Source: Haliotis cracherodii (lineage: Eukaryota). Taken from it: a DNA stretch of 64,000 bases. Positions 25,845 through 38,692 of the stretch are shown here, piece after piece. The stretch spans positions 744,001 to 808,000 of the forward strand of contig NW_027266297.1 in NCBI RefSeq assembly GCF_022045235.1. Direction: 5' to 3'. The first letter of the stretch is position 1, and every line of letters starts with the position of its first letter. Below the pieces are notes generated by a model. That model was not told the origin of the DNA, ran no database searches, and saw nothing but the letters and a program-made list of their open reading frames with translations. The position numbers were made by a program, and so were the translations under genes.

Positions 25845-28800
25845 ATGGATGTGCCTGTTAGCAATGTATCGTACAAGCAACTACACGAGGAGTTTATGAG
25901 TGGATTGAATGGGTCGTCTTTGGTGGAAGTTTCTGTACTGACTCTGATCCCAGTCGGTTCAACTCTTGTCCGTGATTTGTTTTGCCTCTTCGTCAACGAC
26001 TTCACACAACCATGGTAATGGCACCTGTCACCAAGGATACAGTTTAATTGTTCCAGGATTACCAGTTTAACTGAAAACCTGTCAATAAATATTTTTAGAC
26101 AATACATAACTCAACCGAAGACAAAATAAAACTCAATCTAAATAGTAAACATGTACCTTAATGACAAATCACACATGATCCGATTGTCTTAACATATTTA
26201 GCTTGAAGAAAGGAGTAAGCATTCTAAGGACAATGATCCTGACAATACTCTAAAATACATAAAATCAAAATAAAGCTGAAAAAGTCCATAATTGAGATAC
26301 AGTTGACTATTGTTGAGTAAATTCTGCTGATCGAGCAGAAACAGATAGCTCAATACTTGGGTTGAGTCTTAATCTCTTGAACTGCCTCTTGATGAATCTG
26401 TACTCCCATTTATTGTTTGCAGGTTGATTGTGGTGAATGTGATGATCATCATTGTCCCCCTGCTCCTCAGTTTCACCGTTCTGAACTTCACGGACTTCAC
26501 TGTGCTGGTGTCCCTCTTTACCACAGCTGCAGGCATGCTAGGACTCATCGCAGCCAGGCATTCACAGTCCAGGAAAACACAGCAGTCAAAATCTGGGTCA
26601 CTTTTAGAGACATTCCTGGATTTGGAGATGAGTTCCAGACGTCCATTTATTTCCTATTTCCGAGGTCAGACGCTGCTGGCAACTGCGGTTGCCATTCTGG
26701 CTGTGGATTTCACTATTTTTCCCAGGAGATTTGCTAAGACTGAGACGTATGGAACAGGTTTGATGGATACAGGAGTAGGGTTGTTTGTTGTTGTAAATGC
26801 AGTTGTCTCACCTGAAGCACGGGGAAAAGTTACAACTAAAAGGTAAATATTTATATTGAGTTGTTTACTGTCATGACTGATATTTGCTACCTTGATTGTC
26901 TTATGAAACCAGATATAGTTTCGTTAACAGGTTCTTGACCTACTTTCTGTGAGAGGTGGAGATGAACAATTTTAATGTTTACTCACAACACATTTTGTGC
27001 AGGACATCCATCATGTTTAGGGAGTTTTGTTTACTTTTCCCGATAATACCCAACCCACCGAAAGTCGTTCATAGTGAAGACCAATGTGAAGAACGTAAAT
27101 CTGAACAGTTTCCCCATTTTGTCAGCATTTACCAGGAATTGTTATTTCTTCTGAATTGAGTCTAAATAAAATTGTTGTGGAAATGTCACAGCCGTTGGCA
27201 TTGTGATGTATATTTTAAGGTCATACTCTGTCATGATCATGAAGTGTGTTTGTTGATGTGCAAGTCCTGTGCTGGCCGTGATGCAGGCTGTCAAGTCCAG
27301 CATGCCACTGGTGGTGATCGGAGCTCTACGACTGCTTGCTGTGAAGAACATTGACTACCAAGAGCATGTGTCAGAGTACGGTGTTCACTGGAACTTCTTC
27401 CTGACCTTGGCTGCGGTCAAGGTAATGGCACTCAAACAGGGCGGGGATTTGTCACATGATATGCTGTTTAGTGGCATTAACAATAAAACTCCATGGTTAC
27501 GCTACAGGTAGCTAATGTTCACATTTCTTTCTGACTATGCAAGCATTCATTCTGACTTTTATACAGTAAGGATAAAGCGTCTATCAACTTCAGTATTTTT
27601 GGGCAAGACTGTGGTAAAACAATTCCCATTCTGACATTTTGTAACCAACTCTTAAGACCTATAGTGGGTACATGGGTAAGGCCGGATAATAGAGTAACCA
27701 TGGTAACGGGTACCCAGGTAGTAAATTAAGAATGGCCCCAGCCCTACCCTCAACACAGAGAGTGATGTCTTTGAATCGGCTTATTGATAACGATCTGTTA
27801 AGACTGACATGTTTTGACATGTTTGTTCAAATAATAAATTCTTCCTTAACTGTTTGACAAAACATCTTGTATTATTATAGCAAAAGGACTTCATTTTAAA
27901 ATATTATGATGTATTAATATGATCCGAACAGTTTGTTTGACTGAAAGTGATGATCAATCCAGGTTTTCAGATCATTCTCATTACAAAATACCTTATAACT
28001 ACCGTACATTAAAATATATCCTCAATTCTTTCTGTTTAACATATTTAAGGAGGAAAACAATAAATACACATGTAATGATATGACATACGGTGGCATTGAT
28101 TCAGATTGATTTCTCAGTGTCATTAACAACATTGGTGGGAAGCTGTTTCTTGTGTGACATGCATCACTCAGCCAAGTAGTTGGGGGCTTCAGTTCCTTGC
28201 CATGAAAACGCTTCCATGACTCTTATCACCACAATCTGTCGTTTAATGTTGGGTCAGGATTGTCTGGTCTGGGTTTGTTCAGCCGATGATATGATTGACA
28301 TGCCATTCTGTCAGAGCAGCAATGAACCTTTAACCATCTTCTGGTCCCAGGTTTTATCAGCCGTGATTCTGTCGGTGTTCCCTGTGCACTTGAGCGGCCT
28401 CCTGTCCATCATCATCGCTGCAGGGTATCAGTACAGCCTGACGGCCACCAGTCTCACCCACTACATCCTGCACGGGGCAGACGGGCGGGGCACACGGGGG
28501 GGCTTCCTTGATGCCAACAGGGAGGGCTTGTTCTCCTGTATCGGCTACCTGGCTATATACTTCGCCGGGGTGGAGATTGGAAGCTATATATTTAGAAAAA
28601 GGTGAAATTTTCAAGCTTGTAATAATGTGTGGACTATTCCTTTATGTTTTTTTCTTTTTCATTTATTGTTTTTAAAAAAGAAGTACCTGTTACATAAAAT
28701 GCAGAATGCCCATGACATATAGCACAACTTATTAGTACATCTTAGTCTTTTTACAGAAAATATAACATACTTGTCACTCATACATTCACTCTAGTAAGAC

Positions 28801-31800
28801 AAACACACTGCATATATCAAGTATGCATAACTATTAAAGCTTATATCTGAGATTGCAGTGTTGGAAAGTAAATGTTTTCTAACATTAAAGACTTAAGTAT
28901 AAAACTGAAATTAAAATGAAAGCTGCTCCTCATTTTGAAAAGTTTATGATACAGCACCAAGCATCATAGAATTTCTGCTGATTACCTGTCTTGAAAGCAA
29001 TATCTCTTTCCATGTTGTATCATGAAAAGCTTCCTTTTTATAAACATGAAAATAAGGTTTTGTATTTTGGAATTTGCATCTATAAATGTAGAATTTTGCA
29101 ATAAGTAAAAGTAAATAGACCACTATATCTGTTTTTATGTTCTCTTTAACTCTAAAAAGTATCAATTCTGCACAAAATGTCACATAAACATGAAAGCACT
29201 GGTATATCAACACTGACATTTATCCTAAAATCGTTCTATTACATCACATTCCCAAAACAAGTGAGCATACGGTACATGTATGTTTGTCTGTGATGTATGT
29301 TTTGGCCATCATCTAGCCACATGTGGTTACCTCCCTTGTTCCTGACGAAGCAAACACACTTCTCTCCAAACACACTTCTTCTGAACATCTGAGGAGTCAC
29401 CAACGATACAATCTGAACTGTAGAGGTGTCACCATGTCTAGAACAACGCCCAATGATACAATCTGAACTGTAGAGGAGTCACCATGTCTAGAACAACACC
29501 CCCCGGTACAATCTGAACTGTAGAGGAGTCATCGTGTCCAGAACAACACCCCCCGGTACAATCTGAACCGTAGAGGAGTCACCATGTCTAGAACAACACC
29601 CCCCGGTACAATCTGAACCGTAGAGGAGTCACCGTGTCCAGAACAACAGCCAACGATATAATCTGAACTGTAGAGGAGTCACCGTGTCTAGAACACCACC
29701 CCCCGGTACAATCTGAACTGTAGAGGAGTCACCGTGTCCAGAACAACACCCAATGATATAATCTGAACTGTGGAGGAGTCACCATGTCCAGAACAATACC
29801 CAACAATATAATCTGAACTGTAGAGGAGTCACTGTGTCCAGAACAACACCCAACGATACAATCTGAACTGTAGAGGAGTCACCATGTCCAGAACAATACC
29901 CCACGGTACAATCTGAACTGTAGAGGAGTTACCATGTCTAGAACAATACCCAATGGTACAATCTGAACAGTAGAGGAGTCACCGTGTCTAGAACAATACC
30001 CTATGGTACAATCTGAACTGTAGAGGAGTCACCATGTCCAGAACAACACCCAACGATACAATCTGAACTGTAGAGGAGTCACCATGTCCAGAACAATACC
30101 CCACGGTACAATCTGAACTGTAGAGGGGTCACCTTGTCTAGAACAATACCCCATGGAACAGTCTCAACTGTAGAGGAGTCACCATGTCTAGAACAATACC
30201 CCATGGAACAATCTCAACTGTAGATCAGTCACCATGTCCAGAACAACACCCCCCGGTACAATCTGAACCGTAGAGGAGTCACCATGTCTAGAACAACACC
30301 CCCCGGTACAATCTGAACCGTAGAGGAGTCACCGTGTCCAGAACAACAGCCAACGATATAATCTGAACTGTAGAGGAGTCACCGTGTCTAGAACACCACC
30401 CCCCGGTACAATCTGAACTGTAGAGGAGTCACCGTGTCCAGAACAACACCCAATGATATAATCTGAACTGTGGAGGAGTCACCATGTCCAGAACAATACC
30501 CAACAATATAATCTGAACTGTAGAGGAGTCACTGTGTCCAGAACAACACCCAACGATACAATCTGAACTGTAGAGGAGTCACCATGTCCAGAACAATACC
30601 CCACGGTACAATCTGAACTGTAGAGGAGTTACCATGTCTAGAACAATACCCAATGGTACAATCTGAACAGTAGAGGAGTCACCGTGTCTAGAACAATACC
30701 CTATGGTACAATCTGAACTGTAGAGGAGTCACCATGTCCAGAACAACACCCAACGATACAATCTGAACTGTAGAGGAGTCACCATGTCCAGAACAATACC
30801 CCACGGTACAATCTGAACTGTAGAGGGGTCACCTTGTCTAGAACAATACCCCATGGAACAGTCTCAACTGTAGAGGAGTCACCATGTCTAGAACAATACC
30901 CCATGGAACAATCTCAACTGTAGATCAGTCACCATGTCTAGAACAATACCCCATGGAACAATCTCAACTGTAGAGCAGTCACCATGTCTAGAACAATACC
31001 CCATGGAACAATCTGAACTGTGGAGGAGTCACCATGTCTAGAACAATACCCCATGGAACAATCTCAACTGTGGAGGAGTCACCATGTCTAGAAGAATACC
31101 CTATGGTACAATCTGAACTGTAGAGGAGTCACCATGTCTAGAACAATACCCTATGGAACAATCTCAACTGTAGAGCAGTCACCATGTCTAGAACAATACC
31201 CTATGGAACAATCTGAACTGTGGAGGAGTCACCCTGTCTAGAACAATACCCTATGGAACAATCTCAACTGTAGAGGAGTCACCATGTCTAGAACAATACC
31301 CCATGGAACAATCTCAACTGTGGAGGAGTCACCATGTCTAATACAATACCCCATGGAACAATCTCAACTGTAGATCAGTCACCATGTCTAGAACAATACC
31401 CCATGGAACAATCTCAACTGTAGAGGAGTCAACATGTCTAGAACAATACCCCATGGAACAATCTCAACTGTAGATCAGTCACCATGTCTAGAACAATACC
31501 CTATGGTACAATCTCAACTGTGGAGGAGTCACCATGTCTAGAACAATACCCTATGGAACAATCTCAACTGTAGATCAGTCACCATGTCTAATACAATACC
31601 CCATGGAACAATCTCAACTGTGGAGGAGTCACCATGTCTAGAACAATATCCCATGGAACAATCTCAACTGTAGAGGAATCACCATGTCTAGAACAATACC
31701 CCATGGAACAATCTGAACTGTAGATCAGTCACCATGTCTAGAACAATACCCCATGGAACAATCTCAACTGTGGAGGAGTCACCATGTCTAGAACAATATC

Positions 31801-34800
31801 CCACGGTACAATCTGAACTGTAGAGCAGTCACCATGTCTAGAACAATACCCTATGGAACAATCTCAACTGTAGAGGAGTCACCATGTCTAGAACAATACC
31901 CTATGGAACAATCTCAACTGTAGAGGAGTCACCATGTCTAGAACAATACCCCATGGAACAATCTGAACTGTAGATCAGTCACCATGTCTAGAACAATACC
32001 CCATGGAACAATCTCAACTGTAGAGGAGTCACCATGTCTAGAACAATACCCCATGGAACAATCTGAACTGTAGATCAGTCACCATGTCTAGAACAATACC
32101 CCATGGAACAATCTCAACTGTGGAGGAGTCACCATGTCTAGAACAATATCCCACGGTACAATCTGAACTGTAGAGCAGTCACCATGTCTAGAACAATACC
32201 CTATGGAACAATCTCAACTGTAGAGGAGTCACCATGTCTAGAACAATATCCCACGGTACAATCTGAACTGTGGAGGAGTCACCATGTCGGAAGTTACCTA
32301 CTCAAGTAACACAAGTTGACAGAGGCAGAGAGGAATTCACACAATACAGTTTGTGCAAGACATGCTCTCAATATACAATGTAGTTGTGCTCTGGATTTTG
32401 TGTTTCTCACGAAGTACGTGTCAAGTGTGATCAGTTTATTTACACAGGTTGCAAACCAATCAAACCGTTAGGCTGTTGACAACCATTTTCTTGGCAACAT
32501 TGTCAAGTAACCATATCATTGTTTTATTTCAAAGGGAGGGAAAGTTGCATTAATTTCATGATCTTTTTTAGACTAGGGGTCGGCCCTTGTGTTACATGAT
32601 GACACATAAGGCTAAAGAAAATAATAGTCTTGGTTATTAGGCACCGCCCACCTCATCATAAAGTCTGCCATAAAGTTCCGTTTTTATTTCCATTTAAAAA
32701 ACACTCCTTAGATATTCCCCATCTGGAACCCAAGGAGGAAAATGCTACAATATTTGAATTAAAAACAATGCGATAAATTATAGCTCACAGTTACTTTCCT
32801 TTACACGTGCACTGCTTTACTACGAATCTCGTGTTATGGTCATGGCGGCAATAGGAGTTTATTTGCTTGTGTTGGTCCATTGAAACATAAAATTAACGAT
32901 AAAGCATCACTAGACATGATGATTTACAAATTCAAATTCCAGACGGCGTGTGCGGGACTGGATGCTGGTTCTGTGTGTGTTCGTCAGCATGTCACTACTC
33001 TCATGGATAGTCCTGGGGATAGTCAGCAACACTGTGGAGCCTGTCTCACGCAGACTGGCAAATGGACCTTTTTGTATATGGACGGTGAGCATTTCTAGAA
33101 TGATGTACTGTCACTGCCATTTACTCTTTCTTAAAACAACCCCACCCCCACCCCCACATGGCGTGACATAGTTGTGTCCAGTATTGAGGTCAGTGGTCCA
33201 TGTATGTAAAGCAGCATTCATTATGTCAACAAACAAACAAATTATACAAGAAGAGAGAGATAAGATAAGATACGACTTAATTTCTCATGGGAAATTAATA
33301 TTTGACAGTTAATTAGCACTTTAATATGAAAAAAGAGAAAAATTAGCCTTTTAAATAATTATCTGTTTAATACATTTCTACATGTACTTGTACATACATT
33401 CCTTGTTGTCACTGTCATAGTGTTCACTTCTCTACATGTCTTTACATGCGTTTGTGTTAGTAAAAGTCTAATACTAATAGTATGAATTCATTATTCTTTC
33501 AAACTGACTTTTTTTTGTAAGTGCTTCTTTGATCAATTTAGTACAGTTGTTTGATATGATTGATTTACTAATGACAATCAAATTGAAATATTTCTTAATT
33601 GTAGCATTTACTGTTTTTGTTGATGATAATCTTTATTCCTTAGATTAAAAAACTTTCATACATGTATGTCCACCATCTCCAGAAGCTTGGGACAATGATA
33701 TGATACAGCCCTCAGCAAACACATTTCTAATCTCCAGTGAGTGAATGAGTATGGTTTTATGCCGCTCTTAGCAATATTCCAGCAATATCACGGCAGGGGA
33801 CACCAGAAATGGGCTTCACACACTGTACCCATGTCGGGAATCAAACGCGGGTCTTCGGTGTGAAGAGCAAACGCTTTAACCACTAGGCTACGGGACTGCT
33901 GCTCCGATATCCAGGAGTGTAAATTGGGATGCATAAGGTTTTGTCTGAATTTGACCGACACTGCCACCTCATTTAGTTCTTGAAACTACGAGGAGCTTGG
34001 ACACCCACAGGTATCATGTCATATGTATCTCCTTTATAGTTGGGGGCACGGGTGGTCCAGTCGTCTAAGGCGCCTCGATTCGCTGTGCAGAGTTGCATCC
34101 TTTGGGCACGCCAGAAACCTGTGATTGTGTGTTCGAATCCCGGTTCGCCCCAATTATGTTTCTATGTTTGTCAGCACCATACCCGTGCTCCTGGGTTTCA
34201 CCGAGGTGGGAAACGTCAAAGACCTGCATCACTTCAGGCTTTCCTCCCACATTAAGCTGACACACCACGATATTACTGGAATATTGTTAAAAGCGGCGTT
34301 AAACCCAAGTCACTCACTCACTCTTTATGGTCATGTGAGTTTATTTGACACATTGACCCGTCATGTAAAAGTTCAAGGTCACCTCCATGGTCATTGCCTG
34401 AAGAAAAGTCCAAGAATCAATTACCTAATGTCCATGAAACTTGGTACATGTGTAGGTCAATATTGAGGTGTGGCCACCATCTGAAAAGGTTGTGAGTGAC
34501 CCACGTATAAGGTCAAGGTCACAGTGAAGGTAATAGTATGTTTGCCATTTTCACTGAAATGCCTTTTCTACAGATATTTTTAAAGTCATATACATGTAGT
34601 GGTTACATCATTAGAATCTTATGTATTGCAAGTGATGACAATCTATGATAAGTGCGGCAGGTCACTTTGTCTTAGTTTCAATGAGCTGCAGATCCCTGAA
34701 GATCCGGGTTAGAATAGACCTTCAGCAACCCATGCTTGCTGTGAAGGTCTGGGTTAGAATAGGCCTTCAGCAACCCATGCTTGCCGTGAAGGTCTGGGTT

Positions 34801-37558
34801 AGACTAGGCCTTCAGCAACCCATGCTTGCCGTGAAGGTCTGGGTTAGAATAGGCCTTCAGCTACCCATGCTTGCCGTGAAGGTCCGGGTTAGAATAGGCC
34901 TTCAGCAACTCATGCTTGCCGTGAAGGTCCGGGTTAGAATAGGCCTTCAGCAACCCATGCTTGCCGTGAAGGTCTGGGTTAGAATAGGCCTTCAGCAACC
35001 CATGCTTGCCGTGAAGGTCTGGGTTAGAATAGGCCTTCAGCAACCCATGCTTGCTGTGAAGATTCAGGTGAGAATAGGCCTTCAGCAACCCATGCTTGCC
35101 GTGAAGGTCTGGGTTAGAATAGGCCTTCAGCAACCCATGCTTGCCGTTAAGGTCCGGGTTAGAATAGGCCTTCAGCAACTCATGCTTGCCGTGAAGGTCC
35201 GGGTTAGAATAGGCCTTCAGCAACTCATGCTTGCCGCGAAGGTCCGGGTTAGAATAGGCTTTCAGCAACTCATGCTTGCCGTGAAGGTCCGGGTTAGAAT
35301 AGGCCTTCAGCAACCCATGCTTTCCGCGAAGGTCTGGGTTAGAATAGGCCTTCAGCAACCCATGCTTGCCGTGAAGGTCCGGGTTAGAATAGGCGTTCAG
35401 CAACTCATGCTTGCTGTTAAAGACTATGCTTGTTGTAAGAGGCGACTCGGGGGTCAGACTCGCTGACTTGGTCAATGCATTTCATCGTATCCCAATTGCG
35501 TGGATCAATGCTCGAAATATCAATCACTGGATTGGCTGGTCCAGACTCGATTATTTACAGACTGCCATCATATAGCTGGACTATTGCTGAGTGCGGCGTT
35601 AAACAACAAACCAACAAAACAAACAATCAATGAGGTGTATATGTTATTTTTTGTTACATTGAATTCCAGCAAGGGACATCATATTTGGTTTATATGGAGG
35701 CTAGTCCTTTGGAATGTTCATATGGCATGCATTTTCCCAAACCGGAAGTGATGTCATCAGAAGTGCCCTTAATATGAGGTGGCATAGGTGCCCTGTTGTT
35801 AAGATGCCACAATTCGCTATGCAGCATTGCATCCCTTAAGCATGCCAGAAACCTATGATCGTGGGTTTAAATCCCAGTTTACCCCGATTGTTTCTAGGTG
35901 TGTCAGCACCATCATCGGAGACCTGCATCATTTCAGGCCTCCCACATGAAGCTGAAATACTCTCCAAAGCGGCGTTAAACCCAACTCCTACCCCCCTCCC
36001 TCACTCACTCGCGGTTGTAGCCGACATATTCCACCATACCAAGGGCAAGGGTATGACGCTGGAAATGTTGGTATGTGAGGAGGGACTACAAATGGCAGCA
36101 ATGGGCTGCTTCTCTTTTTGCGAACATGTTCTAGTTAAAAGTTGCTCTTGACTTCGTGAATAAGCGTCATCATAAGTGTTGGCATTCTTCCTACATCATA
36201 GACAGATATCTAGAGTAATGACATGTCTACTGCTGTGCTCCTCTGTGTTGATGTCCACGGTGTTGATTCCTGGTGTTGATGTCCCAGGTGTTGATGTCCC
36301 AGGTGTTGATGTCCCTGGTGTTGTCTTTCATTAATGCTTCGGTGACACATTTCAGGTTGCGCTGTCCTTCCTGCTGCTGACAGTCAACTTGGCTGGAGAC
36401 ATCGCTGTGACCTGTGCCCAGTCCTTGTGTCCGAGAGGTGAAGGTCTTCTTTCTACTCCTTAATTCAGTCAGGTGTTCAAATACTTTAACGTTGAAACTG
36501 TTGCCTTCTGTAGGCTGTAACATGTAACCTGTAAGATCTGACTGTGGATTGAGTGAGGACATTGTGTTATCTCACACTCGGTCCTCTGTCAGTTCTTTAT
36601 GTGTGACCTGTAAGAATTGACTGTGGACCGTGTGTCTATGTGTGACCTGTAAGAATTGACTGTGGACCAAGTGTCTATGTGTGACCTGTAAGAATTGACT
36701 GCGGACCGAGTGTCTATGTATGACCTACAAGAACTGACAGCGGACAGAGTGTCTACGTATGACCTACAAGAACTGACAGCGGACCGAGTGTCTACGTGTG
36801 ACCTACAAGAACTGACTGCGGACCGAGTGACTACGTATGACCTACAAGAACTGACTGCCGACCGAGTGTCTACGTATGACCTACAAGAACTGACTGTGGA
36901 CCGTGTGTCTATGTGTGACCTACAAGAACTGATTGCGGACCGAGTGTCTACATGTGACCCGTAATAACTGACTGTGGACCGTGTGTCTACGTGTGACCTA
37001 CAAGAACAGACTGCGGACCAAGTGTCTACGTGTAACCTGTAACAACTGAGAATCAGGTGGCTGCAATGTGTGACGTATAATTTTAAGATTTTTCTTTGGA
37101 CAAGATGGGCATTGATTTTCCACATCTGTATGGCCATAAGTATTCACGGATGATGGGGGAATGTTGTGTAGTAGACGGTGTAGTATTGACGATGGACCCG
37201 GGTATCGTCTCCCAGATGTCAGTTGTTTTCTTCCAGATAATTTCAGAGGGCACTTGCAAAAGTTTAAAACATTTTAGACAGATTTGATAATCCTCATTGC
37301 TTCAACATTCCAGATGGACGTGAGAGCAAGACGTTCCCGGAGGATCTGAGTACCACGTGTCTTCTGTCGGCCATTAACTACAACAGTCTGCTGTACTTCC
37401 TGGTCGCCAACCTACTGACCGGGCTGGTCAACATGTCCCTCCAGACACTCTACGCCCCTCCCTCACTGGCCATCACCATCATCACTGGCTACATGCTCGT
37501 ACTCTCAGGCCTCGTCATGCTGCTCTACAGGAAGAAAATCTCTACTAAGTTTTGGTAG
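25845..37558 (+). CDS. PIGW: GPI inositol acyltransferase PIG-W (GWT1), 488 aa. Exons 25845-26014, 26423-26842, 27265-27421, 28351-28601, 32943-33084, 36356-36437, 37314-37558
   Basis: [16 protein letters not shown]; [30 protein letters not shown]; [18 protein letters not shown]; [17 protein letters not shown]; VSRRLAN; [21 protein letters not shown]...KFW*. All in phase; AATAAA at 37609. Confidence 0.96.
28646..29270 (-). mobile_element. 3' fragment of an L1/Tx1-type LINE (ORF2 C-terminus, 3'UTR, A-rich tail)
   Basis: Minus strand [12 protein letters not shown] (zinc-knuckle motif), then [26 protein letters not shown] plus A-rich tail at ~28646-28667. Confidence 0.75.
29390..32288. repeat. 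50-bp satellite (ATCTGAACTGTAGAGGAGTCACCATGTCTAGAACAATACCCCATGGAACA), ~58 copies, PIGW intron 4
   Basis: Exact 50-bp register; 700-bp internal duplication. Confidence 0.98.
33739..33895 (-). mobile_element. tRNA-derived SINE family B
   Basis: Reverse complement of 52338-52506, including the (ACTC)n tail. Confidence 0.85.
34042..34322 (+). mobile_element. tRNA-derived SINE family C (related partial copy at 35858-36010)
   Basis: GGGGGCACGGGTGGTCCAGTCG..., GTTCGAATCC B box, tail ACTGGAATATTGTTAAAAGCGGCGTTAAACCCAAG(TCAC)n shared with families A and B. Confidence 0.7.
34695..35630 (+). mobile_element. SINE-like family A copy whose 45-bp head is tandemly amplified ~16 times
   Basis: (GAAGGTCCGGGTTAGAATAGGCCTTCAGCAACCCATGCTTGCCGT)n at 34695-35420, followed by the normal body and AAAC tail. 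Confidence 0.9.
36595..37040. repeat. 39-bp tandem repeat, ~11 copies
   Basis: TGTGACCTACAAGAACTGACTGCGGACCGAGTGTCTACG. Confidence 0.95.
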
Positions 37559-37779
37559 CGAAAGGTTTTATATTGTTACAATCTGTTGTTTCTTTCCCAA
37601 GTTTTTTAAATAAAATATTATATATTCGTAAGTATTCGGATGTCTGTTATTTGTACAAATTTTTAGGGGGCTTGGTGCTTTAATTCACAATGCTGAACTC
37701 TCCCTTCACAATTAGCTGACACACCATGACACAAGCCAAACACTTATAACCAGCGACCCCCTGTGTACATCTGGGATAC

Positions 37780-37995
37780 AATAGTCTTCAGCAACCCATG
37801 CTTGTCATAGGAGGCAACTAACTGGATCGGGAGGTGAGACTCGCTGACCTGGTTGATGCAAGTGATCGTATCCCAATTGGGTAGGTCAATGCTCATGAGG
37901 TCAATCACAGGATTGTCTGGTCAGACTTGATTATTTATAGACCGCCGTCATATAGCTGGACTATTGCTGAGTGCAGTGTTAAATAAACAAACCAA
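37780..37995 (+). mobile_element. SINE-like family A copy
   Basis: GTCTTCAGCAACCCATGCTTGTC...GCTGAGTGCAGTGTTAAA. Confidence 0.8.
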
Positions 37996-38692
37996 AGCAG
38001 TGATAACCCAGTTCACTCACTGCCAGTTTTCAGTACACAGAGAACCACAGAACCAACCAACACTTCAGAGGAGGCAACACTTCACTCAAAGATCCAACTG
38101 TCCAAGTTGGCAACACAGAACACAGCCAAGCAAATAGTACATGTACTTCTGACTTCTGAATACAACGTCACATGTAAACCGGCTCTCACACTTCACAATT
38201 AAACGAAAAGGACTCCTGAGACAACAGAACACAGACAGTAACAGTAACTTTATTACAAATTACATGTACTTGAAACAGTATAAAAATAAATACAATTTGC
38301 AAATTGATCGTGGAAGTCCTGGCAATTCCCTGACCACAGCATGCTGTGATTCATACAAACACTGCATGTTACAATACTCCTTGAAACAAGCTTGAAACAT
38401 AACAGCCAGAATGAGGAGCCTGATACAAGAACCTGACTCTGTCAACTGAAGCAGACAACGACATGTTCACCATTCTCACTCACTCGTATTTACACTGACA
38501 TTTCTCAATCAAAATTTCACTGCCTTGTTTTTGCTCACAGTTCCACTAATCACTTGTAGATAATGTCATGTAACTCTAGTACACTGTATGGACGTCATAT
38601 TTGTACACTGTACCGTCATGTCACTAGTACACTGTACCGACATGTCACTAGTACACTGTACCGACATGTCACTAGTACACTGTACCGACATG

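Noticed and set aside
29330-29380. Minimal hammerhead ribozyme (CTGACGA...)
   Set aside because: No GAAA core and no convincing stems II/III.
22617-32288. Regular repeats as CRISPR arrays
   Set aside because: Head-to-tail units without unique spacers, eukaryotic intron context, no cas genes.
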